DNA of 64,000 nucleotides from Escherichia coli (GTDB lineage Bacteria; Pseudomonadota; Gammaproteobacteria; Enterobacterales; Enterobacteriaceae): NCBI RefSeq assembly GCF_041886205.1, contig NZ_CP169029.1; one strand, 5' to 3'. Shown piece by piece: positions 57,220 to 64,000 of this stretch (position 1 is its first letter; each line of letters starts with the position of its first letter). The notes under the pieces were generated by a model. It saw only the letters and a program-made list of their open reading frames with translations, ran no database searches and was not told where the DNA came from. The position numbers and the translations under genes were made by a program.

Positions 57220-58345
57220 AAAGTTGATTATCGAGGCCAAAATTCTCACCGAACCAGAGGCTGAAGTCGAGCGGGTGATGCATGTGTGTAACGCATGTCG
57301 CTATTGCGAAGGATTTTGCGCCGTGTTCCCGGCAATGACTCAACGACTGGAATTTGGCAAAGCCGACATTAACTATCTGGCAAATCTGTGCCATAACTGC
57401 GGCGCTTGCCTACACGCCTGCCAGTATGCTCCCCCCCATGAGTTTGGGATCAACGTGCCGAAAGCAATGGCAGAGGTACGTCTGGAAACTTATCAACAGT
57501 ACGCGCAACCGGCGGTCTTCGGGGCGCTGTATCGCCGGGCTGGCGTCACCGTGACGCTGGCACTGGTCTTAAGTATGTTCCTCTTTTTACTCCTGGCGAT
57601 GGGGCTGAAGGGATCGCTGCTCCACCCACCGCTGGCCGGTGATTTCTACCAAATCTTCCCGCACAACCTGCTGGCCTGGATGTTTGGATCGGTATTCATT
57701 CTGGCTATTGGTTTACTGATGGTAGGGGTGATCCGCTTCTGGCGCGAGATTTCTCCCGTCGGGCCGCGCCCAGCGGAAATTGCCGAAGCGTCGAGCAACG
57801 CGCTAACGCTAAAATATCTTGACGGCGGACATGGCAAAGGGTGCAACGAAGCGGACGATGCTTTCACATTGATGCGTCGTCGTTTCCACCATTTCACCTT
57901 CTACGGCTTTATGCTCTGTTTCGCCGCGACCATGGTGGCGACGGGTTACCACTACTTTGCTAGTTGGGAAGCCCCCTACCCATTCTTCAGTGTGCCGGTC
58001 ATGCTTGGCACGTTAGGAGGAGTCGGTTTAATCGTAGGCCCGGCAGGCCTGCTGTGGTTAAACCTTAAGCGCTCGCCACTGCATGGCGATGCGCGACAGA
58101 AACCGATGGATCGGGGATTTATTTTACTACTGCTCCTGACTAGCCTCACCGGTTTAGGTTTGCTGGTGGGAAGAGATACCTCATGGATGGGGATCCTGCT
58201 TGCCATCCATCTTGGCGTGGTCATGGCGCTTTTTTTAACAATTCCGTACGGAAAATTTGCCCACGGATTTTACCGCTGCGCGTCTTTACTCAAATGGGCG
58301 ATCGAGAAGCGACGTGGAAAACAGGCGGGGGTCGCAAGCGACTGA
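57206..58345 (+). CDS. tcuB: Tricarballylate utilisation membrane iron-sulfur protein (379 aa)
   Basis: Start ATG 57206 overlaps the tcuA end; Cys clusters [11 protein letters not shown] and [12 protein letters not shown]-terminal TM helices. Confidence 0.9.
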
Positions 58346-58399
58346 CCCGCACACTCTTACCTCTATACATAATTATGATAAGGCAATGGAGCAACCTCA

Positions 58400-59695
58400 A
58401 TGACTCAACAACCATCGCGTACCGGCACGTTCGGCGCAATACTCCGTGTTACCAGCGGTAATTTCCTCGAACAGTTCGATTTTTTCCTGTTTGGTTTTTA
58501 CGCTACTTATATCGCAAAGACGTTTTTTCCTGCCGAAAGTGAGTTTGCCGCATTAATGCTTACTTTTGCCGTTTTTGGCTCCGGCTTTTTAATGCGCCCT
58601 ATCGGGGCCGTGGTATTGGGTGCATATATCGACAGAATTGGGCGACGGAAAGGGCTGATGGTTACCCTGGCGATTATGGGCTGCGGCACGATGCTCATCG
58701 CCCTCGTTCCGGGTTATCAGACTATCGGCCTGCTGGCCCCTGTACTGGTCCTGGTGGGGCGTCTGCTACAGGGATTTTCTGCTGGAGTCGAACTGGGCGG
58801 CGTCTCTGTTTATCTTTCTGAGATCGCCACACCAGGCAATAAAGGCTTTTATACCAGTTGGCAATCGGCCAGCCAGCAGGTGGCGATTGTGGTCGCCGCG
58901 CTGATCGGGTACGGTCTGAATGCCACGCTGGGACACGATGAAATCTCCGAATGGGGTTGGCGAATACCGTTCTTCATTGGCTGCATGATTATTCCGCTGA
59001 TTTTTGTTCTGCGACGTTCGCTTCAGGAAACTGAAACCTTTTTACAGCGTAAACACCGTCCGGACACCCGGGAAATTTTTACCACCATTGCTAAAAACTG
59101 GCGTATTATCACTGCGGGAACCCTGCTGGTGGCGATGACGACCACGACATTTTATTTTATTACTGTCTATACCCCCACTTACGGGAGAACGGTGTTGAAC
59201 CTGAGCGCACGTGATAGTCTGATCGTCACTATGCTGGTAGGGATTTCTAACTTTATATGGCTGCCGATTGGCGGCGCGATCTCTGACCGGATTGGGCGTC
59301 TCCCGGTGCTAATGGGCATCACCTTACTCGCCATCGTCACCACCTGGCCGGTGATGCACTGGCTTACCGCTGCACCTGACGTCACCCGCATGACACTGGT
59401 GCTGCTCTGGTTCTCGTTCTTTTTTGGGATGTATAACGGTGCAATGGTAGCAGCCCTGACAGAAGTGATGCCGGTTTATGTCCGAACCGTGGGTTTTTCG
59501 CTGGCCTTTAGTCTCGCCACGGCGATTTTCGGCGGCCTGACACCAGCCATCTCCACTGCATTGGTCCAGTTGACAGGCGATAAAAGTTCTCCTGGATGGT
59601 GGCTAATGTGCGCTGCGCTGTGCGGGCTCGCCGCGACGACAATACTGTTTGCTCGTCTCAGTAGTGGTTATCAGACAGTAAAAAATAAGCTCTGA
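58400..59695 (+). CDS. tcuC: MFS (MHS-family) citrate/tricarballylate:H+ symporter (431 aa)
   Basis: 12-TM MFS with [14 protein letters not shown]-terminus. Confidence 0.9.
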   Translation: MTQQPSRTGTFGAILRVTSGNFLEQFDFFLFGFYATYIAKTFFPAESEFAALMLTFAVFGSGFLMRPIGAVVLGAYIDRIGRRKGLMVTLAIMGCGTMLIALVPGYQTIGLLAPVLVLVGRLLQGFSAGVELGGVSVYLSEIATPGNKGFYTSWQSASQQVAIVVAALIGYGLNATLGHDEISEWGWRIPFFIGCMIIPLIFVLRRSLQETETFLQRKHRPDTREIFTTIAKNWRIITAGTLLVAMTTTTFYFITVYTPTYGRTVLNLSARDSLIVTMLVGISNFIWLPIGGAISDRIGRLPVLMGITLLAIVTTWPVMHWLTAAPDVTRMTLVLLWFSFFFGMYNGAMVAALTEVMPVYVRTVGFSLAFSLATAIFGGLTPAISTALVQLTGDKSSPGWWLMCAALCGLAATTILFARLSSGYQTVKNKL

Positions 59696-59698
59696 AAC

Positions 59699-59730
59699 GC
59701 AAGCAGGCAGAGATATATGTCTGCCTGCTT
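59699..59730 (+). terminator. Hairpin after tcuC (AAGCAGGCAGA...TCTGCCTGCTT)
   Basis: 11-bp perfect stem; T tail weak. Confidence 0.45.
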
Positions 59731-59739
59731 TCTCCAGTG

Positions 59740-60175
59740 CGCCGTAAACCGTGGGCAGCGTGGCACGGGAGTTACGTCACCGGGCTCTATGCCAACAGTT
59801 CAGTGAGTTCGCCGGCGCATCGATGGCTGGTTATGCCAGCAATGTTCAGAGGGAAGAATAATCGTGTGATCATAGCTCGCTTATTCCTTGCCTGGGTTAA
59901 ATTTTCAGACGGCTCAATCCATAAAACCGGTGACTGGGATTAACGTAAGTACGCCCTCTTTCCATCAACACTTCAGGCAGCTTGCGGGAATGAGTCCACT
60001 CCGGTATCAGAAATGACTATGCCTCAGAAGACAGGCGACTAACGATGTCACCACAGCAGCCTATACTGTCGGTTACGAAAGCTTATCCCATTTCAGTCGG
60101 GAATATTCGCGGATGTTTGGAGAGTCACCTAAGAGAGATATTGCCAGGTTAAGAAAGTCTGTCTATCAGCTTTAA
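59740..60175 (+). pseudogene. yneL: Degraded AraC/XylS-family regulator remnant (HTH C-terminal pieces in more than one frame)
   Basis: Fragments ...[32 protein letters not shown]... and LAGMSP.RYQK-like motifs in different frames, no complete ORF. Confidence 0.6.
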
Positions 60176-60608
60176 TAAACCCTGCATTTATCTGGTTAGA
60201 GCAATTTGGCGTTAGTTTCAGCAAGCAAACATTAACCATAGCTAATGATTTTTAGCTATATAAACCATTAGTAACTCTTGACCTTTCCTGACACTTCCCT
60301 TGTTCGCAATAATATTCTGTTTAGTCGCTGTTTATAAATAACATGCATAATGAAATCGTCATGTTATTTAGCGACATAAAATGTCTTTGCAAATACTCTC
60401 TTCAATAAGTGCAGCAATAAACTTGTTGTGGATAGGTGTCCTTGTGATTTAAAGATATTATCGTTCTTCGTGAAATGTAATAACCCTGGAAACTATATTC
60501 TCAGGGCAACAGCCAATCAAGAATGATTCTTGTTTTATAAGCAATAACAGAATGACTTAATTGTTAACTCTCTTTATTCAGCTACTTAAATGTAAATTTT
60601 GGAGAATT

Positions 60609-60749
60609 ATGAAACTCAAACATGTCGGTATGATTGTCGTTTCTGTGTTGGCGATGTCGTCTGCTGCGGTAAGTGCAGCCGAGGGTGATGAATCAGTAAC
60701 GACCACTGTTAATGGCGGTGTTATTCATTTTAAAGGTGAAGTGGTAAAT
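60609..60749 (+). pseudogene. 5' fragment of a fimbrial-subunit/usher fusion pseudogene (signal peptide + FimA-like N-terminus, 47 codons), interrupted by IS3
   Basis: [54 protein letters not shown]; the reading frame continues on the other side of the IS3 into usher C-terminal sequence. Confidence 0.65.
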
Positions 60750-60779
60750 TGATCCTACCCACGTAATATGGACACAGGC

Positions 60780-61646
60780 CTAAGCGAGGTTCTTGTTTTC
60801 AAATTGTTCCGGACTGAGGCCGCCACACCAACTGTGCCGCCGCCACCGATTGTAATCACATTCGATATAATTAAACACCGTTGCCCGCATTATTTCCCGG
60901 CTGATAAAGTGTTCTCCATGGATACATTCCACTTTCAGCGAATGAAAGAAGCTTTCCACGCAGGCATTATCGTAGCAGCAACCTTTTGCGCTCATACTTC
61001 CACGCAGATTATGCCGCTTCAGTTGCGCCTGATAATCTGCTGAACAGTACTGGCCTCCACGGTCCGTGTGAACGATAACGTTCCGGGGCCTCTTACGCCG
61101 CCACAGCGCCATCTGCAGGGCATCGCAGGCCAGTTGCGCCGTCATGCGTGGCGACATTGACCAGCCAATAACGGCACGTGACCACAGGTCAATGACCACT
61201 GCCAGATACAGCCAGCCTTCATCTGTACGTAAGTACGTGATGTCTCCTGCCCACTTCTGGTTCGGGCCACTGGCGTAAAAATCCTGCTCCAACAGATTTT
61301 CTGACACAGGCAGGCCGTTTGCGCGGTAGCTGACCGGGCTGAACTTCCGGGAGGCCTTTGCCCTCAGTCCCTGACGGCGCAGGCTTGCCGCCACGGTTTT
61401 TACGTTAAAGGGGTAACCCTGAGCACGCAGTTCATCCGTCAGGCGTGGGGCACCGTAACGCTGTTTTGACCGGGTAAAAGCCGCGAGGACAACGCTGTCG
61501 CAGTGTTGGCGGAACTGCTGACGCGTGCTTATCCTTGTCCGCCGCTGACACCACGTATACCAGCCGCTGCGGGCCACCCGGAGCACGCGGCACATTGCTT
61601 TGATGCTGAACTCAGCCTGATGTTTTTCAATAAAGACATACTTCAT
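60780..61646 (-). CDS. insF: IS3 transposase OrfB (DDE integrase domain, 288 aa)
   Basis: [32 protein letters not shown]...; DDE motif region present. Confidence 0.95.
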   Translation of the reverse strand: MKYVFIEKHQAEFSIKAMCRVLRVARSGWYTWCQRRTRISTRQQFRQHCDSVVLAAFTRSKQRYGAPRLTDELRAQGYPFNVKTVAASLRRQGLRAKASRKFSPVSYRANGLPVSENLLEQDFYASGPNQKWAGDITYLRTDEGWLYLAVVIDLWSRAVIGWSMSPRMTAQLACDALQMALWRRKRPRNVIVHTDRGGQYCSADYQAQLKRHNLRGSMSAKGCCYDNACVESFFHSLKVECIHGEHFISREIMRATVFNYIECDYNRWRRHSWCGGLSPEQFENKNLA

Positions 61647-61942
61647 TTCAGGCGCTTCGCGAAGTATGTCGCGGCCTTTTGGAGGATAGCCAGCTCTTCA
61701 TCCCGTTCTGCCAGCTGGCGTTTGAGACGTGCAATCTCGGTAGACATCTCCAGTTCACGTTCAGAAGACGTCTGCTGATTTTGCTGTTTACTGCGCCAGT
61801 TGTAGAGCTGTGATTCATACAGGCTGAGTTCACGGGCTGCGGCAGTAACACCGATGCGTTCAGCAAGCTTCAGGGCTTCACTGCGAAATTCAGGCGAATG
61901 CTGTTTACGGGGTTTTTTACTGGTTGATACTGTTTTTGTCAT
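61643..61942 (-). CDS. insE: IS3 transposase OrfA (HTH, 99 aa); overlaps orfB for programmed -1 frameshifting
   Basis: [53 protein letters not shown]... Confidence 0.9.
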   Translation of the reverse strand: MTKTVSTSKKPRKQHSPEFRSEALKLAERIGVTAAARELSLYESQLYNWRSKQQNQQTSSERELEMSTEIARLKRQLAERDEELAILQKAATYFAKRLK

Positions 61943-62007
61943 GTGAGTCACCTCTGACTGAGAGTTTACTCACTTAGCCGCGTGTCCACTATTGCTGGGT
62001 AAGATCA

Positions 62008-62343
62008 AATGTTGAACTGGATGAAACCGTGGTCACTGTCATCCCAACTCACGGTGCTATTGCCAGAGCAACATTTAATGCACAAATCGGCGGGAAAGTA
62101 TTAATGACGTTGAAGTACGGTAATAAGAGCGTTCCATTCGGTGCAATTGTCACACACGGAGAGAATAAAAATGGCAGCATTGTCGCGGAAAACGGTCAGG
62201 TTTATCTGACTGGACTTCCACAGTCAGGGAAATTACAGGTTTCATGGGGTAAAGATAAAAACTCAAACTGTATTGTCGAGTACAAGCTTCCTGAAGTTTC
62301 TCCTGGTACCTTACTGAACCAGCAGACAGCAATCTGTCGCTAA
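62008..62343 (+). pseudogene. ydeT: Fimbrial usher C-terminal fragment (continuation of the frame interrupted by IS3)
   Basis: ...GSIVAENGQVYLTGLPQSGKLQVSWGKDKNSNCIVEYKLPE... resembles a chaperone-usher usher C-terminal domain; no usher body present. Confidence 0.75.
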
Positions 62344-62356
62344 GGAACAATAGATT

Positions 62357-62887
62357 ATGAAATACAATAACATTATTTTCCTCGGTTTATGTCTGGGGTT
62401 AACCACCTATTCTGCTTTATCCGCAGATAGCGTTATTAAAATTAGCGGGCGCGTCCTCGATTATGGCTGCACAGTCTCATCGGATTCGCTTAATTTTACC
62501 GTAGATCTCCAAAAAAACAGTGCCAGACAATTCCCAACGACCGGTAGCACAAGTCCAGCCGTCCCTTTTCAGATTACGTTAAGTGAATGCAGCAAAGGGA
62601 CAACGGGGGTTCGGGTTGCATTTAACGGTATTGAGGATGCAGAAAATAATACTCTGTTGAAACTGGATGAGGGAAGCAATACGGCCTCCGGTTTGGGTAT
62701 AGAAATACTGGACGGAAATATGCGTCCGGTGAAACTGAATGACCTTCATGCCGGGATGCAGTGGATCCCACTGGTACCAGAACAGAACAATATTTTGCCT
62801 TACTCCGCTCGTCTGAAGTCAACTCAGAAGTCCGTCAATCCGGGACTGGTGAGGGCTTCGGCAACCTTTACCCTTGAATTTCAATAA
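62357..62887 (+). CDS. ydeS: Fimbrial subunit-like protein (176 aa)
   Basis: Signal peptide, Cys pair, fimbrial subunit fold. Confidence 0.85.
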   Translation: MKYNNIIFLGLCLGLTTYSALSADSVIKISGRVLDYGCTVSSDSLNFTVDLQKNSARQFPTTGSTSPAVPFQITLSECSKGTTGVRVAFNGIEDAENNTLLKLDEGSNTASGLGIEILDGNMRPVKLNDLHAGMQWIPLVPEQNNILPYSARLKSTQKSVNPGLVRASATFTLEFQ

Positions 62888-62899
62888 TCAGAGTCAGAT

Positions 62900-63403
62900 A
62901 TGAAAAGACTTCACAAGAGGTTCCTGTTAGCTACGTTTTGCTCGTTATTCACAGCAACTCTCCAGGCCGCCGATGTCACTATCACTGTTAATGGTCGGGT
63001 AGTCGCTAAACCCTGCACTATTCAAACCAAAGAAGCTAACGTTAATCTCGGGGATCTTTATACGCGCAATCTGCAACAACCTGGTTCTGCATCTGGCTGG
63101 CACAATATTACTTTGTCATTAACCGATTGTCCGGTTGAAACAAGTGCAGTGACGGCAATCGTGACAGGTTCAACTGACAATACGGGTTATTACAAAAATG
63201 AAGGTACTGCCGAAAATATTCAGATAGAGCTGAGGGATGACCAGGATGCTGCGTTAAAAAATGGCGATAGCAAAACGGTTATTGTTGATGAGATCACTCG
63301 TAATGCACAGTTTCCACTTAAGGCAAGAGCTATCACGGTGAATGGAAACGCAAGCCAGGGAACGATCGAGGCGCTAATCAATGTGATCTACACCTGGCAA
63401 TAA
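62900..63403 (+). CDS. ydeR: Fimbrial subunit-like protein (167 aa)
   Basis: Signal peptide [23 protein letters not shown], fimbrial subunit-like. Confidence 0.85.
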   Translation: MKRLHKRFLLATFCSLFTATLQAADVTITVNGRVVAKPCTIQTKEANVNLGDLYTRNLQQPGSASGWHNITLSLTDCPVETSAVTAIVTGSTDNTGYYKNEGTAENIQIELRDDQDAALKNGDSKTVIVDEITRNAQFPLKARAITVNGNASQGTIEALINVIYTWQ

Positions 63404-63461
63404 CGTCGATTCGATTTTCTTAGCCTTCTTTTTAAATCAATTTTTAACCTTAGGATATATC

Positions 63462-64000
63462 ATGGGTAAAACAATCAGTATAAAGGTCCTGTTCGGTATT
63501 TATCTTCTATTAATGGCAGGCAAAGTTTTTGCCTTCAGTTGTAATGTCGATGGCGGGTCAAGTATTGGAGCAGGTACAACCTCTGTTTATGTTAATCTCG
63601 ACCCTGTAATACAGCCGGGCCAGAATCTGGTTGTAGACTTGTCTCAGCATATAAGTTGCTGGAATGATTACGGCGGCTGGTACGACACTGATCATATAAA
63701 CCTGGTACAAGGCTCAGCTTTCGCAGGCTCCCTACAGTCATATAAAGGATCGCTGTACTGGAATAATGTGACCTACCCCTTCCCGTTGACGACAAATACC
63801 AACGTATTGGATATTGGTGATAAGACACCGATGCCATTACCGTTAAAACTCTATATTACCCCAGTTGGGGCGGCCGGTGGAGTTGTCATAAAAGCGGGGG
63901 AAGTCATTGCCCGTATTCATATGTATAAAATTGCCACGTTAGGAAGCGGAAATCCGCGTAATTTTACGTGGAATATTATTTCAAATAACAGTATTGTTAT
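63462..64000 (+). CDS. ydeQ: Fimbrial adhesin-like protein, 3'-partial (continues beyond window)
   Basis: ATG 63462, signal peptide [24 protein letters not shown]; ORF open to the window end. Confidence 0.8.
   Translation, partial: MGKTISIKVLFGIYLLLMAGKVFAFSCNVDGGSSIGAGTTSVYVNLDPVIQPGQNLVVDLSQHISCWNDYGGWYDTDHINLVQGSAFAGSLQSYKGSLYWNNVTYPFPLTTNTNVLDIGDKTPMPLPLKLYITPVGAAGGVVIKAGEVIARIHMYKIATLGSGNPRNFTWNIISNNSIV

Larger units (their letters stand above)
60750..62007 (-). mobile_element. IS3 insertion sequence, 1258 bp, complete, flanked by 3-bp direct repeat AAT (60747-60749 and 62008-62010)
   Basis: Terminal inverted repeats TGATCCTACCCACG... (60750) and ...CTGGGTAAGATCA (62007); orfA/orfB arrangement; protein sequences read as IS3 InsE/InsF. 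Confidence 0.95.

Overview
This window reads as an Escherichia coli chromosomal segment, in reverse orientation relative to the usual K-12 map, running from the end of a Qin-like lambdoid prophage to the yde fimbrial cluster. All gene calls rest on reading the six-frame ORF track and sequence against remembered E. coli protein families; no database search was run. Gene order is stfQ-tfaQ-pinQ-ydfK, then ydfJ-ydfI-ydfZ-ydfH-ydfG-dcp-ydeJ-ydeI-dgcZ-mgtS-ydeE-eamA-marBAR-marC-sotB-yneK-yneJ-sad-glsB-yneG-dgcF-uxaB-yneE-tam, then the lsr operon, a large autotransporter, hipBA, and the fimbrial genes. Against that conserved backbone, several things stand out as strain-specific. The most interesting is (1) a toxin-first toxin-antitoxin pair (RelE/ParE-superfamily toxin plus XRE-HTH antitoxin) sitting inside the divergent marC-marRAB control region. 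The others are (2) an IS200/IS605-family element with an apparently intact TnpB between tam and lsrG; (3) two independent lesions in the AI-2 importer, a frameshift in lsrA and an in-frame amber stop in lsrC; (4) an accessory block between hipA and the yneL remnant carrying tcuRABC and a LacI/glycoside hydrolase/GPH-transporter module; and (5) an IS3 copy with a 3-bp AAT target duplication in a fimbrial pseudogene. Comparisons to K-12 are from memory and need alignment to confirm.
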